DNA of 64,000 nt, taken from assembly GCF_022539665.2 (NCBI RefSeq), contig NC_081331.1:7254001-7318000 (forward strand). The letters are read 5' to 3'. Both the position numbers and the translations under genes were made by a program. The notes under the pieces were generated by a model. The model had not been told where the DNA came from. It saw nothing but the letters and a program-made list of their open reading frames with translations, and searched no databases. Below are positions 21,582 through 34,845 of this stretch, in pieces (positions within the stretch are counted from its first letter, which is position 1; each line of letters begins with the position of its first letter). Origin of the DNA: Daphnia carinata (taxonomy: Eukaryota).

Positions 21582-22115
21582 CTATGGACGAAACTGAAAA
21601 AGTCAAGACAGCCTTTAACACACCGGACGGCCTTTACCAATTTTTAGTAATGCCGTTTGGCTTAGCATCCGCTCCCGAGACATTTCAGCGAATGATGGAC
21701 CTTGTACTAGCTGGACTTCGATGGACCATCTGCCTCGTCTACTTATCTCGACGACATTATCATCTATGCGGGAAATACGAGTGAACACCTAGCACAACTC
21801 CGGCAAGTGCTGAGTACATTGAACAAAGCGGGATTAAAAATCAAATTGGTGAAATGTCAATTTGCGGCCCGGGAAATGAAAGCTTTAGGACACGTCATTA
21901 GCGGAGAAGGCATCCACCCTGACCCAAAAAACTGAGGGAATAGAAAAGTTCCCGTCACCGTGCTCATTGCATAAACCCACCGAACAACTGAAATGCGTTA
22001 GAAGTTTTATAGGGCTCTGCTCCTACTACAGGCGGTTTACTGTGCAATTCGCACACGTGGCTAATCCCACGGACATGTTCAAAAAGGGTGCATGCTTCGT
22101 ATGGGAAGGATGGCC
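21582..22115 (+). pseudogene. RT fragment of a third, distinct Gypsy element (C)
   Basis: KTAFNTPDGLYQFLVMPFGLASAPETFQRMM...CLVYL/DDIII (frameshifted) and VRSFIGLCSYYRRF; begins abruptly after the LTR B end. Confidence 0.8.
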
Positions 22116-22237
22116 ATAATTGAGGCGGGATCTGCATCCTGGCGCAAACAACGACAGGCTGAAGAAGCTGAATATATCACTTCATTAACTTCTTCTGCTT
22201 TCTTCCTTCGTAACATTCAAGTCTAGACATGGAAGTT

Positions 22238-22906
22238 GCAACACCATATACGCAGTTCGGCTGACATAAATGAACACCTACTAGCTGACTCACGCAAACG
22301 ATACGATACCGACATCACACCACGTTGAACGCCCCTTCTGATTGGCTATCCGCATGAAGCTTACAAGCACCTCCCAATCACGTCACTTTGCAATATGCGA
22401 AGTTCCATGGTGAAACAAGCGACTGGAAAGATTAGACAAGAGCTTGCAGCCGAGTAAACTAATTGAGTCAAGGCATCCCTCTTGCTTTTGCTAGTAGTAA
22501 TGTGTAGTGAACTTTACTCTTTTACCGTGATATTTTATTAATTTGGTTCGGCTTAATTAAGCTTGTTCGGACTTAAATTTTCGACAGTTCGATTATCTTT
22601 TGTATTACGTTTTCGAACGCTTATCTGTGTATCGCCTTCGTGAAGCTGAGTTTCAGTTCACGTTCGCTCTCCTGTCGTTTTCCCCTTCCGTTCTTCTACT
22701 CGTGTGACTACGGTAAGACTCAATTATAATTGTCTTTTAACTTGTTTCCCGATTATTTCGTCCCTTCCATGATCTCTTGCCCTTTATACTCTTAAGACTT
22801 AGCCTATAATAATACAAGCATTATTGTGAGTAGTCGTCTCCGAGTTCCCCATTTATTTCTTGTCTTAAACTCGTAGTCATCCTCCCTACAGGAAAAATGC
22901 TTTAAA
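22238..22906 (+). repeat. diverged LTR related to A/B LTRs
   Basis: Shares blocks TGCAATATGCGAaGTTCCaTGGTGAA, GCCTTCGTGAA...CACGTTCGCT, CTCCGAGTTC...TTGTCTTAA and terminal ATGCTTTA with LTRs A/B; boundaries approximate. Confidence 0.6.
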
Positions 22907-23540
22907 AAGCTGAGCCATATTCAAGTTGTAGCACAAAATTTTTACAACATGTAATTTTTCCGAAATACCTATCCTGTCTGTTTTTTGGAATTCAGAGTTG
23001 CTGTTCGATTGCACTGATCAGTCTATAACATTTTCTGATTCAAACAAACAGGCGGAAAAAGTCCGTGCGCCAAAGGTCAAACTCAGATTTTCGATTTTTT
23101 CTAAGTCCAACGCAAGAGAAAAAGGACTTTGCTAGAAACGGAGGGGAAAAGATGTGAAACATGAACAGGTGGGCGGAGCTAACGCGCTTGGAGGGGAGCA
23201 AGGAATTTTTGCAATATGAACGCGAGTGGAAGGGAAGGCTTGTTAGTTGCCCTCTGGCAAAATTGGGGGAGCAAAAATATTTTTTCCTCGCTAGCTGCGA
23301 AGCGTTGGAACAAATTCAGTGTTCGATAGAAAGGGAAAGTGAAAAGTAGTGTAAAAAAAGAGTTGATAAAAGTAAACGAAAGAAAATACATTCCCTCACT
23401 TGCTGTGTAGTGTTGGAATAGCTTTAGTGTTTAACAGGAAGGAAAAGTGAAAAGAAGTGGAAAACGAGAGATGCGTTGGAGAAAAAAAAAATTTGGGCGT
23501 TGGCTACATTCCATAAGAAGGCGTATAGAAAAAGTGGCTT

Positions 23541-24263
23541 GATGCCTATGCTGCAGCTTCGCGCAGTCTCAAAATTGAGGTTCTGCTGTCGAGAGCCGCT
23601 ATTGGGCGTGAACCGGTTATTGACTTTGGCGGTAATTACGCCACACATATTTTGACAAACCGACCGCACATACATTCCTGTTGCCCACTATTGGACGACC
23701 GTGATCACGCGCGTAACACTGAGCGGATGATGCGCTTACGTCGCGCGAAGAACGGTTGGAGGGCCAGAGGTGGTGTTGATTCGCTTGCTATATTTGAGCG
23801 GCAATTAGGATTGGACCCTGTACAAAACGACATCTTTTGTCACAGGCGTGCGCAAGACTGTTCGTATGCGGCTAGTGGTGCAATTGCTGTCCACAGTTGC
23901 TATGACATTAATTTTGACGAAATGGCGAAGATAATGTACATGCATAACTGCAAGGTCTTGCATGGCTGTTTTTTGTTCTTCCCGGCTATACTCACTGAGA
24001 ATGAGGCTACACATCCTGTATCAGGGGCGCATTTTGTTAAGCGTGATACGAAGATTGAATTAACGTTTAAGCATGATGCGGCGAACAGTTATATTCATGA
24101 GTATAAGAAGTATTTGGAGTATGTGGCTAGAACCAGTTGTGTGTATAATGGAATTGTGTATTAATACGAGCTACTTGAAAATAGAGGAGGCGTACAGTTT
24201 TTTAAATTTGTACAGGCTGGCCCAGTTTTAAGTGTAGCGAAATATACGTTCATGCATGTGTAA
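23541..24263 (+). pseudogene. endogenous viral element: alpha-like supergroup (virga/tobamo/nege-like) methyltransferase-guanylyltransferase fragment
   Basis: Single frame AYAAASRSL...VIDFGGNYATH...IHSCCPLLDDRDHAR...AIAVHSCYDI...NSYIHEYKKYLEY, collinear with tobamovirus MTase motifs; in-frame stop 24162-24164, then YELLENRGGVQFFKF. Confidence 0.85.
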
Positions 24264-24600
24264 CGAAGTCTTTTTTTTTATAGTTTTAAATGGTATCAAT
24301 TGTTATTTCTATTATATATATATGCTTATTACATATTAATTTTTTGTATATGCTTTGTACTTCTCGGAAATTGTAATCTGCTCCCTTTTCCATGTTACCC
24401 ATATCCGGTTACCCCTTCTCTTGCTTCGAACAAAAAAAAATGGATTCAGAAACGAAAGAAGACTTGCTTACAACATCAAGAAGAAACAGTAAAAAAGGAC
24501 GTTTAACGTGTCGTTTTTAGAATTGAAAAAAAAAATTTATCAATTCCAAGTAATTATTTCAAGAAAGCTGCCAATGACACTATTTGCCTATATAACAAAC

Positions 24601-25272
24601 GTGGGCGCAAGGAGAGGAATCAGTCCTTTCTCGCAATTCTTGGAAGTCGTCTTACAAAAATGCCTAAGGACCAAACTGGAGATTATCGGCTTTCTCCCTA
24701 TTCCACTCGTCGGCATGGTTCCGACACTACGTGGCGGCTAAGGCCCATCGATTTCGGTGAGCCGGAAGCAGGCCCATCAAATCGAATTACCCCTCCAGCT
24801 GTTCCGGGGCCATCTAGCCGAATTACACCCCGCACGTCACCTGTTCCGCCCCGGGTACCTTTTCCAAGTCATCAAGCCAAAGTGTGGTATAAAACCCACG
24901 CCTGAGATGTGCCTCGAGAGAGTCTTCTTGTAACCTTTACTCGCGTTAGTCGTGCTGTAGTGTTTCTCTTGCGTAGCATTCAGTTTCGTATCTAAGTGTT
25001 AGTGTATCTTCCAACGTTACGCCGAAATAAACTTGATTCAACACTCCACAACTGTCGTGCTCTCCTGGTCATATCCTCAACATCCCAAGCCGAGACGCCG
25101 CTTCCCGTTCTGCCGTGACCGCCACCAGCTCTCCCCGACGCCACAGCATCCTCAACCCTTCGGTAACCATGGATCCGATGTAAGTATCATCACACTCTCA
25201 CCCTTCTCACTTTCCTACCGTTGTTCTCTTCATATCCGTGCAGCCGACGTGACTGGCTGACGGATCCTAACA
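24601..25272 (+). repeat. possible solo-LTR relic of another family
   Basis: GC-richer island with TATAAAA (~24888), AATAAA (~25026) and an ...CCTAACA end; no clear 5' TG or TSD. Confidence 0.35.
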
Positions 25273-26159
25273 AATATAACTGTGTACCACGCACAATGAC
25301 CAGAATATTAGATTAAGACATTAACCTGACCGTTGTCAGTATTGTTTTTATTGTTGTGTGTGTCGTAATCACCCAGTTGCGTCAGATGTGACTGGGTCTC
25401 GATTATTGCAGTATCGCCTTAGCTATGTTACTGGCAAGTTACAAATGCATTTTCATTCCATTAAACATGGGTTGCATAATGTGTGTTCAACTCGATTACT
25501 ACTTTTAATCCAAACGCCGTTTTTTTTATACACTGGAAAACCGTTTCACATCCTGCTGTAGCGTACCCATAAAGTAAACAAACAGAAAAGCCCAGAACTT
25601 TAAATATACTTGAAAACCTGATTGAGTAGCATTAAACACCTCACTAACAGTAAATCAGAGCAACTTTTAATTTTGCTATAACACTTCAAAACGTTAGTAA
25701 TTATCGCGTTTTGTACGTATAAACTTAGAACGAGTTTAAATGATTAAATGCAATCTAAGGTTACTGAAATTGTTTAATATTTAACTAACCAACCAACAGG
25801 GCGCGTGCTGTGACTATTTGATAAAGTCCAGATTCTTTAAAAAAGATATATATATATATATACACATTTTTATATCTATATATATGTATCTTTGTAAAAA
25901 ACCTGGACAACTTGGAATGCACCGCAATAGTTCACAAGCACAACGAGTAAATGCCTAAACTCGGATGAACTAGGCTCATCAACCAATCTAATGACTAAGA
26001 AAACTAGCGATCAGCTAAAAGCTGCAAATAATCGCTTTCCATAATTAGTTACTGATCAATTCCATCGGATCGATTTAAATCAATTACATAAGGGACCATA
26101 TTCAATCCAACGGAAAGAATTCAGCGAAGTTCTATCAAGTTTCCTACAAACGCCAAACG

Positions 26160-27430
26160 CCATCTTCCTTCAGCTGTTGAACACATGAAAATAAAGAAAA
26201 TTTGATTTTAATTGCAGGTGTGCTATTTCTATATAGTGGAAGTTAATATGTATACACTAGTAGGCTACTTAGCGTTTTAGCCAGAGGAGTTTTGCTAATT
26301 TTTTGACAATCCATTGATAAATTCAATATTTAGTAGATTCCTCCTTCGTTGTGGGTGAAGTTTATTTAAATCTCTCGTTCGATTTTCAACAGTTGCCGTT
26401 TGATGGCAATGCAAGTAATCTAATAAACGGTTAACAGCTAACAGTTGTCTGTATAAAAGTTGGTCAACCGGCGTTCGTAGTAGACTGATGGTTCACTTGT
26501 ACGGAACGCCAATTACCCCAAAAATTTTCAGCATCCCAGGTAGTGTGAATGCAATGTTACGCTGCATATACCGATTGCAAAATCAATATAACTCGTTACT
26601 TTTCCCAGACTTCCAGTTAATTTCCTTACATAGAGGTTCCTTCTCATATCCAGCACCATGTCCACTTAACCAACTCTGGAAGTCTAATGCATGACCTTCT
26701 ATAATGTTTAAAATAGTTGACAAAGTAATACCAATTCTTTACCATGAACATGTACAATTATTTTCAGATCTAATCTGTAACCAGAAAAAAAAGGAGAAAT
26801 AATGGGCAATGAAATGTCAGAACATATTTACCTGATAATGAAATCAAACTAGATTGTGATTTATCCATTACTTAACAGCACATTTTCATTGACATATTCA
26901 TAACTCTTCTTACCAACCTCATCTGCTAGAGCTAGTGGATAAAGTCTCTTGAGGAGCCAACATATTCACAATCCTGGTCAGAGAGAATTTGAACCTGAAA
27001 CCTGACTTCTTGTTAATCTATACACACCCTTAGTAAGAAGCATAATAGATTATCCATACCTGATTGTCTTTCAGAGCAGATCTCCACTAACAAGAAAATT
27101 GGATATAATCCAAAATTCAATCCTTCATTCAATTCTACTGGCACCAAACTCCACTCCCCCCACTCATATGTAGCTAGATACAGGGATAACTCTTATACAT
27201 TGCAGATGTGAATGGCTAGTTTGCCAATACCTCACTAAGTTGCAATCTAAACCAAAGAACTCTTTTTATGAAAATAAATTATTTACTTACTCAAAAGCCT
27301 CACTTTATGGAATACCAGAGCCATCCAAATGTTGTGATATCTAAATACCACTGGCAGCTTTAAAAATATTTGTGTCCAACATATACAGATTCAGTGAAGA
27401 ATTGCTGGGCCCTCCATGGTCGATGCCTAA
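26160..27430 (-). pseudogene. degenerate multi-exon gene remnant (weak HECT-like GIDHGGP motif)
   Basis: Exon-like blocks bounded by minus-strand GT/AG, many stops; identity uncertain. Confidence 0.25.
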
Positions 27431-27768
27431 AATCAAACAACCATTCTTCCAATTTCAAAAAACAAAGCTCTAGAAATTCAAACATTCACCAGACTACTCT
27501 TGCGTGCACGTTCAAATCAACGTCAACTAGTGCAGTAAGCGTCTTCGCAGATGGCGGCATGTACTCTTTTCAACACGGAATTCATGAGCTAGCTCGGAAC
27601 GGGTGAGCTCAAACTGCGCAGTTATTTGCTGTGTGTTTCTTATGGGACTACACTGTTGCCATTTTCAAATTAGATTTATATATTAGCAGACCAAATTTTT
27701 GAATTAAAAAAAAAATGTTTTTGTTTGTAGTTCTTTCAGAAAGTGTAATTCAATTGATATAGTATAAA

Positions 27769-29000
27769 ATGGAGAGTGCTGAAGAAGCTTAAAATGATGG
27801 TGAAGGGTAAAGTTCAGGCGATAAGTTCTCTGAGAAACCAATTCAATTACGTTTTGGGGCGTTTCTCGAAGACAAGAACCAATTGTGAAATGTCTAATGT
27901 CAGAATCTACTAAAAAGAGAAAAGTAAAGGCAATGAAAGATTTGGTAAGATGATTGAATTAATTTTTGTTCTTTATAAATTACACTTTTTTACTTAAACT
28001 TTGTCTTGTATTTCATTTTTTTGCCAGACACAGGAGCTTAGTGTAATGGCCAACGTGCAAACAATCTTATGCATAGTATCCCCAAAAAAACAGATTCTGT
28101 CAAGGTTTTTGTCTTATGGTGATCACCCAGATGGATTTCCTTTTTTGACAGAATCCAGGGAGAAAGTTAAGTCTATTTTAAGAACGGCTACTCATACATG
28201 AATTGGTTAGTAGTGTCAGCTTTTACGTATTAAAATATTTATTATATAGTATTGCTTTTCCATAGGAAGTTACACTGGAAAACCACTGGGAAAAAAAAAT
28301 TCAGGAAGACAAAGCAACCATGTAGAGGAAGACAACACCACAACTGATCTAGCCAGAATTGTAGTGCAATTTGCTTTGGAAAAGGCAAAAAAGAAAAGTA
28401 AAGCATTTAAACTAATCGAAAACAAATTTGGCTTTTACAAAAAAACTAGCATTTACTGTTTTAGGGACAGGAAACGATTCAAATTTGGAAACAGTTATAG
28501 CAGGAACTGTGAAATCTACTGGCCGTGTACCGAATACTGAAAATGTAACAAATGGAAAAATTCAATCTTGCACGACTGTGGCAGAATCGGAACCAAGAGA
28601 AGAAGTAGCTTCATTTTCTTCTGCAGCTGTGGAACGTAAAAAAACAAAGTGGCAATTTCTCGTTTCTAACAACGAACATTCTCCTCCAAATAAGTACACT
28701 GTTGCATCCACTTAAGCCAAGGAAACGTTTGCGTATTTTTCAAACTAAAGAGCCAAGCAAGACTCGTAAAAATTTATCCCTTTAAAATATTACACTATCG
28801 GCGGCATGCCTAAACCAACAATCCATAGGATATCAAGATTCCTTTAAAGGTTCATACATTTTAACTTTTTTAATTTTTACGTTTTTAAAATTTCCTTTTT
28901 TTCTATAGTACTTGCGGATCCAGGATGGATTTTAATTTCGTGACCTTGAAACTATAAGGAAACATACTGAGTTCCCTTCTACTTAACCCAAAAATGAATG
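27769..29000 (+). pseudogene. second, convergent intron-containing gene remnant in the transposon
   Basis: ATG ~27769 just inside the left TIR, short GT-AG introns (e.g. GTAAG ~27946), interrupted reading frames; product unknown. Confidence 0.3.
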
Positions 29001-30580
29001 AATTTGTTTTAACTCAAACTTCTAAGCACCGGTTTGAATGAAAAGAAACAATACCAAAATGAAGCACAATACAAAATTTTCCCTATTCTGCACACTTTTT
29101 TTGGTATTTTTAACACATTAAAACAATTCATGTTATTATTATCCAATTTTTACCACGCGGGAATTTTACGATTACTGAAGAACAATAAATCTTATTACAA
29201 AAATCATAGATAGTGGTTATGAAACCCTTATGTTTGCCTTTTTTCTGACCCCCTGTTTTATAATTGGTTTTTACTATACTCGACTTTGGAGTCACATTTC
29301 ACCAAAGGTACATAAAAATACAATATCCTCGTAAAAGGCTATAAAAATTCAAGACGACTGAATCAACTCTTATTTAGCAAGTGTTCTGTTGAGCGAACGA
29401 CGGTAAGTTGTTGGTTAACTAGGTGTGCCTTAGTAGTAAGTATATGCAGGGCTGTGAAAAATCATCTTACCTCTTTTATATAGAATCACCAACTCAAACA
29501 ATTAAGCCATAGATGTTTAAACTAGTCTGTATTCAGTTTTTGCTTGACTGACAGCAATTAGTTACCAGTCATGTACATATAAAATAAGGTTAAAGACATA
29601 AAAATTGAGGCACAAATGGTACATTTCACATTCTTTGATATTATTATTTTCTTATACTATTTTTTACTTCCCAACTTTACCACCTATTAAATTCAATTCA
29701 TAAAACGATCTGCTCTTTTCAACAGGTATAACACAATTGCAATGTTTCCCGTTTTATCATCTACATTCAGTAGACGGCTATGTCAACACATCGTTAAACA
29801 TTTCAATTTCCCGCCACTAAAAAATGGCCGCCAGCTACTAGTAGCTGATTAGGCGTTTATTATTTTGAGATTTTCCCCGATAAATACGCTGAGTATAATT
29901 GATAACAATGCATCACTAGATGCACTGGTTTACGAGGTTTATAAAAACCATAATTTTATTCCGAAATTATAAAGATTAACCATCGAACGATCAAGCCAAA
30001 CTTTCGTGGTTTTAGACTTGTTCCCCTTCCCCAAAAATTTTGGCAAAAATTAAAAAAAATTACAGTTATTTCAGTTTAAGCCGAAATTTAAAAAATCTTG
30101 CAGAAACTGGTAGCTCTTAAAAAGATCTATATGTATCTTTAACATTTGTACCATAAAAGTACTAAATGAAAAACTTCGATAAGAAGTTCTAGTTTTTCGA
30201 TTTCTCATTTAGATCGAGTACTGCCATGAACCACAAAATCAAAAAAGTAGAAACTCTTTTTTAAATTTTTTGTTTTACATTGTTCTTTTTTAAATTTTAC
30301 AGAAATCGATAGATCTTGTCAAGAGCTATCTCTCTCCGTGAACTTTTTGTGTTTTGACCAATAAAAACATCAGAATAAATTTATTAAGATTTTAGATAAA
30401 ATACGGGTGAACGGGAAATTCGTCTAAGACAAAAAAATTTTTTGCTTGCTCTTTAGATTAATTATTTATAGAACTCCAGCTAAAAATGATGGTCTTTGAA
30501 ATCGTTATGATCTACTGCCTTTAATAATGAATTGTATTAATTGTATTGTAGTGAAACTTGAATATTGAAGAACCTCCTAA

Positions 30581-32830
30581 TCATCTTATAAGTGTCACAC
30601 CAAAAGCTCCCGCCGATATCTTTCGCTTATCATATACTATATTTGCGTGACTAAACCTATTAAATTGTATTAGCCCAACAATTTTTTTTGTTATGAAAAC
30701 GGCATGTTTTTGCAATCCCTGTATTGAAAGTTTTTGTCTCATTACAATAAAAATTGACGGACAACAGATGTTCACGGCACGCAAACTGATCAGTTTCACA
30801 TTAAGATTCGAAAAATAAATCGTTATCTGTTATTGCATCATCTTCGGAATCTTCGCTCTCAAAATCTTCCCCAAAATCAAAATATTTTTCTTCACCGTCA
30901 TTATAGTAAAATTTCTTGTATAGAAGACAATCTGCAAGTAGCATTTGTAGGCAATGAATTTCCTGGGATTTAATTATTGTTTCAGAGTTTTTTAAACAAA
31001 AATCAGTAAAATTTTGGTCTTGGCAGGCGGGAAGTTCTAGGTTGAACTTGGGTTTCGTTATTTCTCCTTGTAGCAAAGATGTTTCTTGGGTTATAGTAGT
31101 GATGGACTGTGACATTTCCAGTTTGTGTTGGGATATTTGTTCTGTGTTTCTCTTCACCAGCATCCAGCAATCAATAAGTTTAAAGTTTTCCTTAAATGCA
31201 AAACTGTATTTATAAAGAGTTACTTAAAAAAATGTTAAAACATGATTTTGAACCTTATTACTTTTATGCTTACTATCCCACGGGAAAACACCGTCAATGA
31301 AATGTTACTCAGTTACCAATATTTCGGCAAGATCATTAATGTCGTCCATAATCTTATTAGCTTTTGCCTTTATCCATGTTTGTTTTCTTCTTAGTTTAGT
31401 TCTCCATTTGGAAGTAGCTGAAGAAGAAATAAGAATTTTACAAATTCCTATTGCGTGTGGATGCGTACACTATGGAAGTTCACCTGCCACGCTTGAAACT
31501 CTGTCGTGTAAAGGAACATACTGAAAATTTAACAGATCGAGTTCAGGTTTTAACTCCGAGATATAGTTCGGCTTTGTGGTAGTCCGATTTTCCTTATGTA
31601 ATTTTCTAATTTAAATAAATATGCATTTGTTTGAATATTTTAACTGGCAGTCCTGGGCACGGCGAGCATCACGTTCCAATTCTGCTTGAATGGTTGGTAA
31701 TTGCGAAATAATAATATTCCGGCCATTAAGTAGTTTTGTAAGTCTTTCCTTGTAAAATTCCACTCGATAGATCGCCTAAATTGTTTTAAAGTTACTGCTT
31801 ATTGATAAAATTCAATTAAAAATGATTATTACAACGTACTATTAACAATCTATTGGTCAGCAAACGTGCTATTCCTCTTGTCGCCCATTTCAGTAAAACA
31901 TTTCTCCTGTTAAAAGTCTTTCCGGTCTAAAAAGAATATTCATTAACTACTTCCGTTGACGGGAACACCAAAAACAAATTGACATACTTCCTACGCTCAT
32001 TGTTTTCGTACAATTGCTGTATCTTGAAAATGTGGCAAAAACTTGTTCTTGTTCTTCCCCCATTATCCCTGCGGCACCATCCCTCTAATGGCCAAAGTTA
32101 AGAATCTGTATAGAAGTAAGCAAAATTGAGATAAACGACCTTAAATTATTATCATCAAATTATTTAACGCTAATAAGCATTTTCGTTTACTTGACATGGC
32201 CAGCTATGGCCCTGGCCATGCAACCAAGAGAGAAAAAGCTCCATTTCAACGGTAAGGCACTTATATCATTCTATCAGCTCTCCCATCTTAATGGTGAATG
32301 GCCAGTATTGGCAGACTACGTCGTTAACAAAGGATTTCGGTCCAAAATCCAAATTGTTGGTGGAATCGGCACAAATTTCATCTTCTTGGCAACTAGCTTC
32401 CTGAATGCTGTTTGATTTGTTTCTATTCTTCATGGCGTACAGTTAAAGATGGGATGCGAAGGTGTGTGTTCACAATGTCATTGAAGATCGATGGCTGCAA
32501 TAATTGGATCTTCAACACATACCACTACTGAAATATCTTTCAGATTCAAAAGATCAGAGAAGCAAACATTGTAACAAAACATTAGGTAATCTATAAGAAG
32601 TAATGTTTACCACTCATATTGTTAACTATCGTTGTCCGTGCGGCCCTTTTAACTGGTTTGCCGGATGATAGTGATGAAGATGTAGCAAAGCAGCCAAATG
32701 ATTTTAAACCTGTGGAGAAAATATCAAAACTTGATGAGTCTATAATTTAATTACTTCATTACAACAAATTACCTTTTCGTCTACTTTCATCGTAAACTCT
32801 ATTCTTATTAGTTTTTCTTCAACACTTAAT
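30581..32830 (-). pseudogene. KDZ (Zisupton-like) transposase pseudogene, multi-exon
   Basis: Minus strand NDVVCQYWPF (~32300-32325), FLSWLHGQGHSWPCQ (~32191-32235), intron, ILNFGH*RDGAAG/NGEEQEQVFATFSRYSNCTKTMS (~31995-32105); stops and frameshifts; ends approximate. Confidence 0.75.
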
Positions 32831-33629
32831 AATTTCTTCCTACCCATTTCACGAAAATTGCGTCAGTTAAGAAAATTCAAACACTGTGCAATACACTTCA
32901 AACAATAAACAAATGACTAATTTCGTCTGCTAATATTGAAAAAAATTCCAAAAATGGCAACACCGTAGTCCCATAAGAAACACACAGCGAATAACTCCGC
33001 AGTTTGAGCTCACCCGTTTGAGCTAGCTCATGAATTCCGTGTTAACTCTTTTGGGCGAGTTACAAAACCCAACGAGCGCTACACTTTCCGGTAAGAGGAC
33101 TCCCGTGCCATCGACATTAAGACTTTAGACCTTTTTTTTTTTACTTGATGGTTGGGACTGTAAACGTCAAACGGACTCGCATGTAAACCTCAAACGGATT
33201 CCCGATCTACCGACAAATGGACTCTCGATACAGGTAAACATTAATTTATTTTTTTTTTCACCTATAGTATTGCCAAGTAGGTAGGTATTTAATTAATGTA
33301 ATTACTATAGTGATGTTTTTCTATGATGTATCGTTTTATGAATTGTAATATTTGTATTATAGAAAAAAAAGTATTAATAAAACCATGGTGTATTAGTAAT
33401 GGTGAGACAACTCTCCATTTTAAGGCCTATCTCGAATGAAGCCTGTTTTCAGAGGAGGTGGGTGTGGCCTAATTGAGGAGACTTATAGCCAACGCCACCA
33501 TCGGAACTACTTAGGAACTAGATCATTCGCCAACCACTGAATGGCAAAGGAGGAGATCTACTAGTGTCGCGGTTCGGAGTTCGAACCCAGTATAAATCTT
33601 TCTTTTTTCTCCTTTCCTAACGTAAACTG

Positions 33630-33721
33630 CCTAGCGCCAACGTGCGGCGCTAGGTTCCACTTTCCACTGTTTTTCCACACATTTCAATTCTATATTAGTT
33701 ACCAAACAGTGGAAAGTGGAA
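33630..33721. repeat. two abutting perfect inverted repeats
   Basis: CCTAGCGCC/GGCGCTAGG (33630-33654) and 18-bp TTCCACTTTCCACTGTTT/AAACAGTGGAAAGTGGAA (33655-33672 / 33704-33721). Confidence 0.8.
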
Positions 33722-34484
33722 AGCTAAAAAGTTTTGTTGATTTTTATTTTGTTAAGGAGCGACAAGTACAAACAAGATTTTTTCCCACTTCTTCCACATT
33801 GTATACGAAGTAAACATAAAAATACGATAATATAACTACACAAAGGTTAGAAGTTAATTTTGATACGTAACAGGTAATGGGATAATGGGACATGTCCCCT
33901 TGTTTGGACTTAGAAACTGGATTATAAAACTGATACAGTTTATAAAAATGTTTCACGAAAATAGCGCAAAACAATTAACTGTTGCGGAAAGAACGTCTGT
34001 GGTAACGTTAGGCCTAGCCTGGTACTCATTAAATCAAATTTCATGAAAATTTATTGTTTTGCGTGATTTTCGCGAACATGAACTGCATCAAATTTATAGT
34101 CCAACCCCCGTTTTATACTAATTTAGCGCATAAGAACAACCATTTTGAAAAAGGCGCGTATGCCATGATGCATTAAATTGGTTACCATGGAGACGAGACT
34201 TTCCATCCGGAAGTCTGTCTCTCGTAGCCTAGTGCAAAAACAATTTTCTAGTAGATTTGTTAAAATTTTTGGCTTTGCCTGCCGGCAATTTGTCTCACCC
34301 CTTAGTAATTCGAGACACAAACTCATTCATGTCTCGTTTCTATGGTAACGTCTACCACATTCTTCCACATTTTTTCCCGCATTTTCCCATATTCTAACAT
34401 AACCCACCTAAACTACTACTCTTAAGTAACTTAGCTATACGTTGATAGGGGGCATTTTTTTTAAAGGGGGGTAGTCGGATTTTT

Positions 34485-34845
34485 TTGGAACATACTGTAT
34501 GTCCTATAAATGAAACCCCCACTCACATAATAATTAAATGCCTTCACTTCGCTTTCGAAAGAGAGGAACTTTTTAACGAACAAAAGCTACAGCTGAATTT
34601 GGTCACACTTATACACCTACCGCAAAACTGTGACGAACACGTCAAGCTCAACAGTCCGGAATCTGGTGCTAAACTTCTTCTGGAAAACGGGCCTACATAA
34701 AAGCTATTAACTAAAATTAACTTTATCTCATCTTATCATATGCCAATTTTGGTCTACTAGGACGACCCATTCTCGATATGGCAACGCCACACGAGAGGCA
34801 CGTAAAACATCTCAATCAAGCACGATAAAAAAAAAATAATAATCT
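34485..34845 (+). mobile_element. 5'-truncated non-LTR retrotransposon (LINE) 3' end
   Basis: TVCPINETPTHIIIKCLHFAFER resembles the C-terminal CCHC of LINE ORF2; short 3' UTR ending in an A/AAT-rich tail. Confidence 0.5.

Larger units (their letters stand above)
27571..33044 (-). mobile_element. KDZ/Zisupton-type DNA transposon with long TIRs
   Basis: ~125-bp imperfect TIRs (27571-27697 / 32919-33044), exact 8-bp TSD ACTCTTTT at 27563-27570 and 33045-33052, KDZ transposase motifs inside. Confidence 0.85.

Noticed and set aside
33520..33610. B-box GAGTTCGAACC as a tRNA gene
   Set aside because: No convincing A box or cloverleaf.
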